From Eledone cirrhosa (taxonomy: Eukaryota), in assembly GCA_964016885.1 (NCBI GenBank), contig OZ024751.1, positions 36,518,001 through 36,582,000 on the forward strand: a stretch of DNA of 64,000 nucleotides, in the 5' to 3' direction. How positions within the stretch are numbered: position 1 is the first letter of the stretch; each line of letters begins with the position of its first letter. Shown one piece after another: positions 1-14,900 of the stretch. The notes under the pieces are model-generated. The model did no database searches. It had not been told where the DNA came from and saw nothing but the letters and a program-made list of their open reading frames with translations. The position numbers and the translations under genes were made by a program.

Positions 1-382
1 TTATTATTTTTCGTATATTTTTATTTTATTTTTTCATTATTATTATTATCATTATTATTATTATTATTATTATTAATTTTCTTTTCGTTTATTTGCTTGA
101 CACCATCGAGTTGGTTCTGAAATACAGGAAAAAACAACAACAAAACAAACTGGAATGAAACCCTGCTAGTAGAATGGTAGTCCATACCTAGAATCCTGAG
201 TAGCGAATTTGGACATGGCTCACAGAACTTAATATCACGTTATGTTTGTTTGTTGGCTTGATATTCTTTCTGTTGTGTTTCTTCTTAGATTAGATTCAGA
301 TGATTTTTTTCGTTTTTTTTTTAAATAATTCACATTTTGGAATAAGAAGTGGAGCAGAGCTGAGAATTACTAATAATCCAAT

Positions 383-387
<5 letters not shown>

Positions 388-450
<63 letters not shown>

Positions 451-480
451 GTATATATATATACATATATATATATACAT

Positions 481-520
<40 letters not shown>

Positions 521-574
521 ATATATATATATTGCGTGTACATATATATATATATATATATCTTATATATAAGT

Positions 575-608
<34 letters not shown>

Positions 609-716
609 CATATATATATAATATATATATATATGTATATATATGTATATATACATATATATATAATATATATATATATGTATATATATGTATATATATA
701 TATAAATATATATATG

Positions 717-758
<42 letters not shown>

Positions 759-857
759 TATGTAATATACGATATTAACATTTTAAAAATATTTTTTGTT
801 AATAGTTAATATGTGATTTACCATCTCTTGACAATGCTAATGTTCAGTTTCACTAAC

Positions 858-888
<31 letters not shown>

Positions 889-1061
889 CATACATATATA
901 TAAACATATATATACATATATATATACACAAGCACATATATATACTTTTATATATATATATGCATATATATAAAAATACAAATATATTTTTATATACATA
1001 TTTATGCAAAATATGTATATATATGCCTATAAATATATAATGTGTGTATAAATATATTGTA

Positions 1062-1094
<33 letters not shown>
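388..1094. repeat. (TA)n-rich compound microsatellite
   Basis: Directly visible; source of the spurious YI-rich ORFs. Confidence 0.97.
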
Positions 1095-1519
1095 CATAAA
1101 TATATAGACACATCCACTCAAGTGTCACAGACTCATTTGCATATATAAAAATTGTGAACATTTCCATGAATAATAATTTCATAAAATGTCTTTTATTATT
1201 ATTATTGATTTTGTTTTCGTTACACTTTGCATTTAATGGTTGTTTATTTTATTTGTTTTAAATTTTTTTTTTTTTTTTCTTTTTACAATTATCATTTAAA
1301 TTTCATTTAGAAATAATAATATTAAACTGTATTCCATCAGACAGCTAAATTATAATTAAGAATCATAATAAAAATAATTAAAAGTCCATATTAACAAAGG
1401 GCAGATAACCAGTGCAAGTATAACAAGAAGCAGATTTTTTAAAAATCTGTGTTTATTAAGCCCGAGGCCGTCATTTTGATTTTGTATTTTATTATTTTTT
1501 TTAAGTAAATGGGTTTTTA

Positions 1520-1635
1520 GTCGACTGAACCAACCACAGTGTATTACTGGTATTTTATATTATCGACTTTCCCTGAAGGGTTGTGAAAATATAAGTCAAC
1601 ACTACCCTGGCAGGATTATGAACTCAGAACAGTGA
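1520..1635 (-). mobile_element. Degenerate SINE family A fragment
   Basis: gtattactggtatttta..atcgac..gcaggatt.tgaactcagaac matches the family A core and B box. Confidence 0.6.
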
Positions 1636-4019
1636 GATAAGAGGGGTAGATGCATTAAACCTTCGTTATTCTGTATATATCCCATTGTTCTTGAAACAAG
1701 CTTCGTAAATCAGTTTTAATGCCAATTCTTTTTTTACTCTTCATATTATCATTATTATTACTATTATAACCATCATTACATTATTATTATTATTATTCAT
1801 TTCCCGACCCAATACTGTGTACATAGATTTTTTTTTACCGGGAACGGTAAAGTGAAAATATTTAAAAAAAATAATTAAAAAAACAAAAAGAAAAAAAAAA
1901 AATCACGTGCACTCTCCCAAACATTCATGGTGAAAAAATATCCTGACTACACCCAAAATTATTTGCTTGTTTATTGGAATGGTGCAAAAACCTAATCCAC
2001 CCAGCCAAACAGAATGGTTCTGTTATTACAGAAGATTTGTTATTGGTGTATTGTTAAATTCTGCTTGATACAAACATTTTCAAAGAGAATATGAGCAATT
2101 CTATTCACATCATAGAAATATATATATGTTATATACATACACAACACACGGAAACACACAATCTTCGATGTCTTTTGCTAATCTAGATTCCACCAAATGA
2201 AGAGAAAAAAAAAGAAAAATGTCTCCTACAATGAACTCTCCATGAGGTATTCTCATTATTTGAAAGGAAACGAAGTGTGTTTCAGTTATGCTCTCATACA
2301 ATGTACCCATTTGCCAAATGAAACAATATATATGTATATATCATATATACTCGAGTGTGTGTGTGTGAATGCATGTAAGTCCTCCCTGAGACTGAACTCT
2401 TTTCAGGTGGTCCACCCCAATTACTTTCTAAACATGAGTAATGCTACATCGTTTTCAAAATACATTTGGTTTTTATAAGACAAAGAAATCATGAAGCGTG
2501 AAATACTATGGAAAAATACAATTGTAGCATTGTATATTCACACATACACATATGTATTATATGCATGGAAATCACAGATGATGTTAAGAGCTCATGGTTT
2601 ATGTTTAACGTCAGGGGTTCTACCGCACCCCCTAAAAAGACAAATAATCAAAATAAGAAAGACACGGAATATTCAATGGTTCAAAACCACCCAGTTCTAA
2701 ATGGTGGAGAGATACAATACACTGCAGTAAGCAGCAGAAGGGGCCCTGGGTAATCATAGTGTTTGTTTTGTCCATTTATATTAGTAAGATTAAAGTCTAT
2801 CTTTAGAGACAATAGGACATTTCGTCATTGTATTTTATTTCTAAAATCCTGCATCTATCTGCAAAATAGCAAGAACTAATTCAGCATGGACTTGGTAAGT
2901 GCTATGTAGAGAACATTTTGTTACAAGTATGTCTGTAAAATAAATATATATATATATATATATATATACATACATATATATATATGTATAGATTTAAAAA
3001 ATTGCCTTGGTGATGCTAAAATATCAACTATTCTCATTCTTCAGCGGGGATGAGGAAGATTTTCATTTCAGTATTTAAAAATGTTTACAGTTTTAAATAT
3101 ATTTGATATAATAAGTTCTATAATTATTGATCACTACATTTTCAGAAAAATATATTAACAAAAATAACAAAGAAACTGGTATGAGATGCTTAAGAAAACA
3201 GTGAATATATACATTATCATGTGTGTATACATATATGCAAACATATACACATACGTGTATATCGTGTGTATGTTTACTTTGTATTTTAAGAAAGTAGTTA
3301 AGTTGGAGTTTACTTTATGATCAACCATAAGGGTTGATGATGTAGTAAATATGATTTTAATGATATTTTCTAAGGAGTCATTATGAAGCTTTTAAAATAT
3401 AGTGAATAAAAATATTTTACTTTTTGTGTCACGAATGAAAGATGTCTTTTTAAAAATGCTTATACAGAGATAGATATATGTGTCTATATATTACATATGA
3501 AACACTTAAATAAGGGACCCTTCCAGTTGCATCAACAATGTATTTTTGGTATCTATACCCCTCTACCTAGTTTGACCTGCTCAGGAAAATCATAAATACA
3601 AACACACATGCAAATATATTACTAATATATATTATATATATATATATATATACATACATACTGGATGTCTCAAAAGTTACTTAATAAGCATATTTGACTT
3701 CTCAATAGCCAGATAACGTTTGAAACGCTTATTATATATATAGTCTTCCATAAATTTCCTGCTCTTTCTGTTTTATCAATTTAAACCATTTCGGTTGACT
3801 TTATTCAGTTCGTTTTTTTTTTAAAATTAATTATCTTCCTTGTACAAATCACTCAACTGATTTTATGCTTCTTCCCCTCCGCCCCGCCCTAATTGCTTTT
3901 ATTCCCATTGCAGCCTTCAGATTGAATTTTGAAAATTTTTAGGACGGCAAACATTGAAGTCTCCCACACAACCAACCTACCAACAATAAAATAAAAATTA
4001 TAAAAGGAAAGGAAGGAGT

Positions 4020-4362
4020 CCAGTCCATCATCAGATCGGACCAAAGAGATTATGTTCTCGTTGGTCTTTCCATTGTTATTATATGCCTATCACAACTCCT
4101 GACAATGCACCACCGCTTTTCCGGCGTCAGGAAGCGGAATTTGAACTCAGAACGCACAGAACCTTAAGAGATACTGCAAAACATCTGGCCTGAGACTTTT
4201 ACAATTCCGTCACTTCCTCTCTACTTGGATGATACTTTATCGACCCCTAAAAGATGAAAGGCAAAGTCGACCTCGGCAGGATTAGAATTCAGAGTGTAGA
4301 GAGCTGAGGTATTTATCGAAGCATAGATAACCAGCATTCTAACAATTCTGCCAATTCACCAC
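4020..4362 (-). mobile_element. Two old SINE remnants with family A-like heads
   Basis: ggaatttgaactcagaac near 4137 and atcgacccc.aaagatgaaaggcaaagtcgacctcggcaggatt at 4239-4285. Confidence 0.65.
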
Positions 4363-5520
4363 CAAAAGTAATTAAGATTAATTAATTTAAAAACAAAAAC
4401 TTTTTTTTAATGTTTAGGTTCCAATTTAAGTTGCATAACATTGGGAAACAATGGCTTGTGCAATTTATAGCTATGAATGATGATAGAGAATTCTTTACCT
4501 AAGAAAAAGTTTTGCTTGCTATGTAGTATCTCACATCTTTCTCGTAGGCATCAACACCAATTATTTGGGCAAGGTCATGGCAAACAACAATGACATGCAA
4601 TTTACTTTTCTTTTAAATATAGTTTTGCCTTTGCTTTGCTTTGTTAAAATCTACACAGTCCATAATCCTTACAATTAAAACAAAATTTATTTTGAGGCAC
4701 AAAGCCAAAAGTCAGTATCAAAGCAGATTCCATTAAGCCAGTGAATTACTGGTACATTAAACAATGCTATATATATATATATATATATATAAGTGTGTGT
4801 ATATATATATAAAAGACAAAAGTTACCCTCTATAGGACTTTTAAAAACCCCTAATGAGCAAGGGAAACCTAATGTAATTAAGTATCAACCTTCGCATTCT
4901 AATGCCTCGGTTTACCATCACTTCCAGCCCTTGTGCTCACTGATTAGTGTTTTTGCAGACAGAGCAATTTAATTTGTAAGAAAGAGTGAAGTCAATCAAT
5001 ATATTACTGGTTCTTATTGAGCCCTAAATGGTTGAGAGGCAAAGTAAACTCAAGAAGGAATGTGAATTCCTCGTGGATCTCTGGTCATCATAGCTGATCT
5101 TAGCGTAAACAACTTTTGATAAATAAACTAATGATTAGACCAGTATTTACTTTATTTTCTAACCCATTCCTGTTTAAAAGGGTCGATTTAACTGAATGGA
5201 ATAAACCTCAGTATATTACTGGTAGTTTACTGGTCTCATAAAAGAAAAAAAAAAACCTAACCAAACAATACTTTTGCCAAGGAATTTCCCTTTAACAGAT
5301 CAGCAATAAGACAATATTTGACCTCTTAACAGGAGCTACAAAGTAACTAAAGAAATATATAGTACATATATTTCGATATTAAAAAAAATTAAACAAACCA
5401 TTTGTCTTCATTCTAGATTCTCTTGCTCTTGTCGTCAGGATCAAGCTTGAAAGCATGAGTGTGTACGCATTTATTTAAGAGGGAAAAAAAAAAAAAAAAA
5501 AAAAAAGGTATTTCTCAATT

Positions 5521-5553
<33 letters not shown>

Positions 5554-5564
5554 TTGTTGAAATT

Positions 5565-5622
5565 AATAAAAAATAAAAAAAATAAAAAACAGCACTGAAG
5601 TCTGTAGGATTTCATCTTTATT
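5565..5622 (-). terminator. Candidate polyadenylation signal
   Basis: Minus strand reads AATAAA (5622-5617), gatgaaatcctaCAgacttCAgtgctg, then a U-rich tract (5589-5567). It coincides with the edge of the TE-free zone. Confidence 0.45.
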
Positions 5623-7148
5623 TTATAAATATAAACTCCAGATATAGGAAATTATGGTTTGGGTTTCGAATGTAAGACATTCTGTGGAGAAATGAATCTC
5701 TTACTTTTTTTTTTAATTTTTTAAAGAGACATTTAAAAAAAAATACTTAATATATTGGTACATTTTTAACTTTATATACTGTAGGAGTGGTGGGTTCATG
5801 AGTGTACAAGTTGTCGGCAGAGATATTAGGATGTACAACGTACAAAGAAGGAAAAAAAAAAAAAAAAAAAAAAAAAAAACATAAAAAAAAATAGGGGGGA
5901 GGGAGGGTTAGAAGATAAAGAGGAAGGGGGTATGGGTAAATGCTTGGTGAAGGAATTTGAAAAGAACCCCCAACCCTCCTCCAGAGAAAGAGACCATTTA
6001 CTGCAACTAAAACATTAGGAATACATCTGAAAGGATCTACTTCATGGAAGAAAATAGGAGCATTGTTGCATAAGATTGAGGGGAAAGAATGAAAGAAGGT
6101 TTAAAAATTAGAAAAAAAAAAAAAATTTAAGAGCTATTTTCTATTTTCAGGCACTGAAGATAGATCTAGAAAGATTATTATTATTATTATTATTTAAATA
6201 CATTTATTTCATATCTTTCCTTTCTGTCTTGAGAGAGAGAGAAAAAGATTTTGAGAGAGAGTGAGAGAGACATAGGGTAAGGGAGATTGAGGAGGCAGGG
6301 ATGAAAGCAGGGATGTAATGTTATTGGGGAAAAATTATGGAGGGGTTATGAGGTCAAAGGGCACTAAAAAAGCAAAAAAATAAATATAAAATAAATAAAC
6401 ATAAATAAAATTACAAATATGGATCCAAATGATAGATTTTATTATGGAATGACTAAAAAAAAAAAAAAAAAAAAAAGAATTCCCCACCTCCAGCCAAATT
6501 AATTTCTAAGTCTTTTTCATATACTATATATATATTATTTATGATAAATTTTAAACCAGCTGAAAATTGGGAGAAAAAGAAGAAATATGCAAATAGAGTA
6601 ATATTTCAACCATTTTTTTTTTTGTATGATAAAAAAATTAAAAAAAATAAAACTTAGACATATACGTATATATAATTTGTCTTTAATATATATATTTTAT
6701 AATTATATATATATATGCATTGGAATTTATATAATATTTACACAATATATATTATATACTATGAATTTTTTTTGAACTCCCATTTTTGCAAAAAAAAAAA
6801 ACAAAAAAAAAAAAACATTCAGAACAAACAGGTTGGAATTAATACAAACCGCACCCCACCCACCCGGGCAAAAGGGAGTGGTCACCTGTTTAAAATGCCC
6901 ACATTATACAATTCTATGCAACCAGCCATAATTAAAAACACAGCAGTGTTTTGTGTTATTTTATTTTTTTTCATTTTTCTCTTTTTTTTTTATTTTTAAA
7001 AATTTTTGTTCTTTAGAATATATTTTATTTAATTCATTTTTTTTTTTTTTTTTCAAAGAATGCTCAATTGCAGCAGTCAGAATCCCTACCATAAATATAT
7101 ATATATATGTATATTTATTTATATATACATACATATACATACACACAT

Positions 7149-7181
<33 letters not shown>

Positions 7182-8408
7182 AGCCAGCATTTCTTATCAA
7201 TTCAATGTTTTTTTTTTTTAAATTTCATTCATTCATACATTTTAAATTTCATTTTTTTTCTTTTTAAATAGAAATTTCATTACAATAAACAATATAAATA
7301 AAAATCAATAAAATCAACTGGCAATCAAGCATAACGAAGAAATATTGTTAACGTGTTTTTTTTTCTTTTGTTTTCAATATTTAATTTGGAGGGGATGTGG
7401 AAATCGTAGTAGTAATAAGAATGAGACGAAAAGAAGAAAGAGGGATTTAAAAAAAAAAAGAAAATGGATAAATGAGTGGGAACGGTCTTATTTCATTGAA
7501 CATATATACCAAAATGTTTTATGACTAACAATATTCATTTTAAGTCATTCAGTCTTATAGATTCACATACTCATATAGTCAATATACTCACACACAGCAA
7601 AGCTCATGACCAACTCTTAAGTTTATAACTAGGTGAGAAAGAAGAGAGGGATGGAGTGGGAAAACTACCCTTAATTAGTAATTAATAGGCAAAAACTAGT
7701 TTAGAAAATACTGGAGCAAAAAGAAAAATGGGCGACAGAAACGAAAGTAAACATTGCCTCAATTATTACGCGTATATATATATATATAATTATATACACA
7801 CCTAAAACCAGACAATAACCAAGAGTTCATAGTTTTGTCTTTAATTACGAGTTCAAAAGCCAGAGCGGAACCATATAATTTATAGGGAGAAGAACTCAAT
7901 CTGCCGCCAAAATTATCCACAAACTTCCCCACCCCCCCACTCCAAGAAAAAAAAAAAAGAAAAAAATGAACACTGACAATTGTAATATATATATATATAT
8001 ATATATCTATATATATCTATATATACATTACATATATGATATATACATGATATATATACATACATGATATATATACATATAAGTTCAACTAGCTGTGGGC
8101 ATGACCTCAATGTCAAGATATTCATTTTAAAAAATGTTTTGCCTGTCTTCATATATTATGAACCATTGCAACTTAGAAGCAGAACTACATTTTTTCGTTT
8201 CACATAAACCAATCAAAAATCATGACTGGTTAATTAATTATTTCGATATGTTTTTCATTTTTTTTGTTTGCTTTTTTTTTTATATATATATATTATACAT
8301 ACATGTGAAATAGTATCACAGTTTAATATAGTAATAATCAGCTAAGTTGATTAAATTGAAATAAGTTGAATGAATAAGGCAGTTAACATAATTATTTTGT
8401 TTGGGAGA

Positions 8409-8445
<37 letters not shown>

Positions 8446-11145
8446 ACTTAGTATTTAATTCTCATTTTATATGTGTACCAATAGAGAAGGAATTAAGAGC
8501 TTTTGTTTTGTTCAATCTGTAAGAAAAAAAAAACACAGAAAGAATTGGTCAACTTTGCCATGTATACACAATATTCTACCATCAAATCATGAACACTGCC
8601 ACTTTCTCTGGCTATAAATTTGCATAGCTGTTTAGGAGACACCCCCCCCCCCCCCTCCTCAAGGAATTACTCCTTTTTTCTTTTCATTTCATATCATTTC
8701 ATTTGTTTTGTTTCCTAGCAGTACATTCCACAGACATATTTTTTGCAAGAGAGAGAAAGAGAGAGATAGAGAGAGTGACTATGCAGTATAAAGAGTTTGA
8801 AGAAGTAGAAACCAAAAAAGTTATTTTGTTGTTGATGTGGAGAAAATAGTCAAAAGAAAAACCAAAATGTGAAATAAACCCTTCCTGGGAATGGGGGAGT
8901 GAGGGGGCAGAAGAAACAAGAAAATATATATATATATTTGTTATTTCATTTTTTCTTTAAATCGACATTGTTATTTTTCAATATCAGAATCTTACACTTT
9001 TTTTTTTTAATTAAGGTAATTCTTATAAAGTGTATGGGTGGGAGTGGAGGGGATTGTTCCTGCCTTCAAAAAATGAGACTGCCGAGTAGATGGAGAGAGA
9101 ATTTACAACAATGCCAAGGATTGAGTTTTATAGTTCGGTGGGGTTAAAAAGGGGGAGTGGAAGAAAAAAAAATACATACACATGCGCGCACGCACACACA
9201 GGCTGTTTATAATGGAATGTGCCAGAGGTGAATTAAGAATATACAGGTTAAAAAAAAACTAAAAAAAAAACAAAAAAAAAACTGAAGTATGACAGATTGT
9301 GGGAAGGTTTTAAAAAAAAGGGGGGGGGGGGTGACTGTCCTTATATTTCAAGATGATACATGCTGACATGACAAGGGAAGAGGGTGGACAACTGGAGTTT
9401 TCTCTTGAGCCTAGAAACTAGTGAATGAATACCAGTAATCTCTATAGGAAACAAAGAGGGAGAAAGACACAAAAGTAAATTTACACAGGTCAAACGAACC
9501 AATAACATACTCTGCTGACCCCACCCGTAGTGTGTATGTATGCACAGGTGCTAAATGAAGACACTACTCTAAAAAGAGTAAAAGGGAGGAACAAAATATC
9601 TGAGAAATGGTGGGTGGAAGCATTGTGGTGCACTAAAACAAAAAAGTTGGGGTGCAAAAGGTGAACTTTCCTACATACCCTACCTGTGTTGTAGCTTTTA
9701 CAAGTTCCAGCCATTTTTATTTATTGGCAGGGTGGAGGGAAGATATTGGCAGTTCTATAAATATTTACTTCTTTCAATACTGCATTTTAGAAGTGCAATG
9801 TAGTGAACATTTATCAGTCCCTGCCACCCACTTACAACACAGGTATGAAATGCACTCAGAGTACAGAAGGCAAATGAAAGCTTTTTTTTTTTTTTTTACC
9901 AATAATAATAATAATAATAAAAAAAAAAAAAAAAAAAAATCAAAAGAAAAATCAAAAATAAATAAATTACATTAGAACGAGGAAAAGGGGGGGGAATACT
10001 TAAAAAGGGTTGGGGGAAATTGACCAAATAAAAAACAAACATTATTCCAGCAGCATTGTCAAGGATTTTCAAATTTTTTAAAATTTATTTAAAAAAAAAA
10101 ATTAAAATATATATATATAGCTATTTGTTTTTTGTTTTTTTTTTTTGTTTTGTTTTAATAGTTATCTTTCTGCAATCAGTCTTTTGAATATATATATATT
10201 ATTATTATTATTATTAATATCATTATTATCGTCATCATAAGAAAATAATCTCTTTTAAAACATTCTCACGTACACACACTTGGACCATGCCAATATATAT
10301 ATATATTTATTTTTTTTCATAAGCTGGAAAATAGATGCAACAAATCTGAGGCAGGAGGTGGGTGACTAGGGGGATGTAAAGATACATTCTTTTTTTTTTG
10401 CTTTTAAATTATTTCATTATCATTTTTTTTTTCCTTTTTAATCTCCCTAGAATTTTTTTTTTTCTTTTTTCTTTTTTTTTTTTTTTTTTTTTTTTTTTCG
10501 AGACAAAAGCAACAGTGAGATCTACCAGAGTTTAAACTTGGACATTTTGCATGGATCATGCTGTTATTTTTCATTATTATTAAGCCAGAAAATAGATGTG
10601 GCAAATCTGAAATGATTTTTTTTTCGAGAAGGCTAGGGCTTTCATCAAAGAGCAAAGGGCTTGATTTTGTTTTGTTTTGTTTATTGTATTTATTTTTTTT
10701 CTTTCATTTTTGAGGTGCTTTCAAGAATATAGGAATTTCAAAGAAAGTAAAATGCCACCAAAAAGATATTTAATATCTTTTGGTGCAAATATCTCTTAGC
10801 CAAAACAAATTTTTAGGGTTCGTAGTATTTCTTTTTTTTTTTTAAATCCTAAAGTGTTTTGACTCAAAAGTGAAAGTCAACAATAATTCTCCAATTCTTT
10901 GAAAAGTGAGGGAGGACAATGCTGCAATATGCAAATATCTAAGCAGAAATGGCAAAGACCAGTTTCAGAGAGAAGAGGAGGAGGGGGTAGTTTGTTCCAC
11001 TTCACCGCCAAGAATAAAATGGATGATATGTTGAAGATTTTCAGAAAAATGGTGGAATGGGGTGGGCGAGTGGGATAGGATAGGATGGGATGGGACATTA
11101 TAGGAAATTCTTTTTTGATTTCGGTACGTGATACAATTAAATAAG

Positions 11146-11176
<31 letters not shown>

Positions 11177-11914
11177 AACGGAAGCATTAAGGAATACAAA
11201 AATACAGAAAATAAATAGGAGGGGAAAAAAAAAAAAAAAAAAAAAATCTATGAACCTTTCATATCTATTATAGTAAAAAAAAAAAAAAAAAATGAAAGGC
11301 GATATAATTTGAGTCTAAACTACCCACATTCTTTTAAGCTGACCAAACCGTTCATGGTTTTAAATAAAATTCCTTGAAACAGCTCAAGTAGTTAGCTGAG
11401 GTTCTTTTTTTCTTTTATGGAATGATTCCTCACTTTCTAAATCCGAGTAACCATTACATGGGCGTTTCCATGTCGGAGGAGTTGAATCTGGTTATGTCAC
11501 AGCCACTCCTTTGGAAATGAAAAATGTTAGTGAAATAGCTCAGGCCAATTAAGAGAAAATTGTAGGCAGTAAAACCATTCAATTAACCACATACCACACA
11601 AGAAAACTTAAATTTCTTAACCAAAATATTTTTACAGATACATATTTATATATGAAGTGTTCACGGTTTGAAGACCGGGAAGACTGCAAATCAAAGTAGT
11701 ACTTGATGCATGTATGGTTGCAGAGTAGGGATAGATATATGGAAGTGTCCTGATGGAGGGCCCTCCCAGTTTCAGATTGTTATCAAGCTTCGTCAAGGGT
11801 AAAGGGACTTACCCTTAACAAAGTTTGATAACCAGCCAAAACAGAGCTGGTCCTCCATTAGGACTATGCCTCATACATAAGCGTGTGTGTATGTGTGTGC
11901 TTTGTGTGCGTGCG

Positions 11915-11970
<56 letters not shown>

Positions 11971-14900
11971 TGCTTTATGTGCGTGTAAAGTATCTTAAAT
12001 CTCTGCTCCAATGCAGATGGAAACCAGACATAAGCAACAAGCAAGGTGTTTGAGAATGAGCACCATGAACCAGAAATTCAAAATGTTAGAATATGAGGAA
12101 AAACAAAAACAACCCACGAGAAGAAACGCTACTGAAAGCTTTAACATTATCCAGACAATAAAATTTGTATTTCAAACAAACACTACATCATGCATGAAAT
12201 CACGGAGGGAGACTTGGAATAAGGAATTATTTTTTAAAAATTACTACAACAATAACAATGATTATAAGGATAAGAAACCTTGCTGTCTAAAATCATCATG
12301 GCAACACCTTTCACTAGAGTAAAATTAAAATATTTCAAACTAACATGTCCTTGTTTTGACTCTCTAATAATAAATAAGCTAACAGAAACTTCAAGAGCAT
12401 TCTAAAACAGATGCTCAGGGCATGAAATTATGTATAGAAAGGGCAGCTGGTATTTAATAAGGAAAGAAAAATGCCATTTTTTGGTGGCCCTCGAATGAGC
12501 AGAAGTAAATTGTGGGAAAAAAAATAAAATAAAATAAAATAGCAAACAAATGCACATTTAGAAACCATCGCGAGAGAAAATACGCAAAAATGAGTGCTAC
12601 ATTTTTTTCTTTTTTAATTTTTTTTTAAATTTTTACTTTGCACATAAAATAGCTTAGAATAAGATTTTAAAAAAAAATTAGATGTAGGGGGAAATGGGTG
12701 GATGGGGATGGTGGAAAAAAAAGCAAGCCAAGTTTTTTATTATTTTAAAATATAAAAACAAATGCAAAAATAAAAAAAAGGAGGTATAATTGAACAACTA
12801 CTGTTAAAACTACAAAGAAATGCACGAAGTAGAACCCAGATCGAGCAAAAGACAAAATGGGTGAAGAACAAATGTTTTATTTCCATATACTCAAATTTTT
12901 TTGTGATTTAAAAATATATTTCTTTTTTTTTTTTAAATTAAATTATTTACGTGTATGTATGTATCTATCTGTGTGAGTGTGAGTGTATGTATGTATGTAT
13001 GTGTGTATGTATGTGTGTGTGTGTTTTCCATAAGGTGAAATTGAAAAAGCCTTCAAGTGATATAGTTTAAACTTGGCAAGGGTGGAGGAAATATGTATAT
13101 ATTATAAAGCATTATATTATATATTTATACAACTAAAATTACAAATCAAATGCTATGAATTCACATTTTACACATACACCATGTGTATATTTTATATATA
13201 TATATATATATATACATATATGTAAACATATATGTGTGTGTATATATATATATATACACACATGTCTACATATACATATATATACGTATACATACATGCA
13301 TATATGTATGTAAATATGCAGGTACATAAATACATGCAAATATATACACACACACACACACATACATACATACATACATACATACATACAGACCCATACA
13401 TACATATATGTAAGCAATAGCCAGGGGATTGGAAAGAGGAGATCAAAAGAAAGTTAAGCACTAGGTGATAAAATATTCAGGTGGAAGGGAGGTAAAATAT
13501 GAGACAGGATTGAATCTGGTGAACAGGGGTTGGGGTTAAGTTGAGAGAGGGAGAGAGAGAGAGCTGGTCCAATATGGTGACTTGCCAAGGACCACATTGG
13601 GGCTAGAAACAAGTAAAGAAGGTATGGGAGTATGGTAGGAGGAATAGTTAATCAGTATGTTTTCTACAGACAGTATATTTTTACAAAACTGAATGTAGAT
13701 ATATAAATATATGCATATATATATGTGTATATATATATATACACACAAATGTGTGCATATACACACATACATATATGCATGTATATACACACAGTCGCAA
13801 ACACTACAGACTACAATGCAAGTACATATCACACCACACTTGAAAACAGAGACGTGGATACAAATAATGTCAGGAGTACCCCTATATGTGCATCTGAAAG
13901 CATGTATAAATATCGTTAATATTTATATTTACGTAATATATAAGATCTATATCATTATTATTATTATATATATATAAATTATTCAAACACACGCATGCAA
14001 ACAAACACACACATTGACTTACATACATACACACACACTATTGTTGTGTCAGAAAGGTCAAACACACATACATACACACTATCATTCTGTGTCAGAAAGG
14101 TCAAACACACACACATACATACACTATCGTTCTGTGTCAAAGGTCAAAAATTATTGCATAAGAACAGCCGGGTTCAAACTTAGAAACATCTTTTTTTTTT
14201 TTTTTTTTTTTTTTTATTTAGTGACAGAAAAATAAAACCTTTTACAATTTCTGACTCCGGAAATATATGGGGGGGGAGGAGGAGACACTGATCCTCATGC
14301 CACCTCCGGTTTTAAATGGCCTTTTTAAAATAAAAATATCTTTATTATCTTAAGATTTGCAGGGAGGGCAGGGCTGTAGTATTTTGGTAAGTTTGTGTTT
14401 TCATTCTTCACCAATACATATATAATATATATCCATATACATACATATATACACATACATTTATATATATATACACATACATACATACATACATACATAC
14501 ATACAGATATAGGTTATCATATGCATGTATATCATAGTATATGCATGTTTGTGTGTAGAAACAGTGTGGCTTTTGGTTTGTTGGTTGGTGTGGTTTTGGT
14601 GGGGGGTTGGAAAGGGGACAATTTTTCAAAATTAAATTTCTTCATATTTATAAAGTTTTCTTGACAATGTATACATTTTTTGCTTTGTTGTTTTTTTTAA
14701 TTGGTGTGTGTATGTGTGTTTAAATTTTTTCTTTTTTTTTTTCTTTTCTACATATACACAGATAGCTCGTAATTATATTAAAATAGAAAATACTAAGACT
14801 ATATATAGTTGTGCAACAAATCTTTTTTCTCATGTACTATTTATACAAATATAATGTTTAGTAAGCATAAACCTGCTTTATTATTATTATTATCATTATT

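Noticed and set aside
20-215. Possible minus-strand mini-intron (GTATGG ~187 to TTTCAG 117) with tiny exons
   Set aside because: Resulting peptides are very short or poly-Asn from an (ATT)n microsatellite; no independent support.
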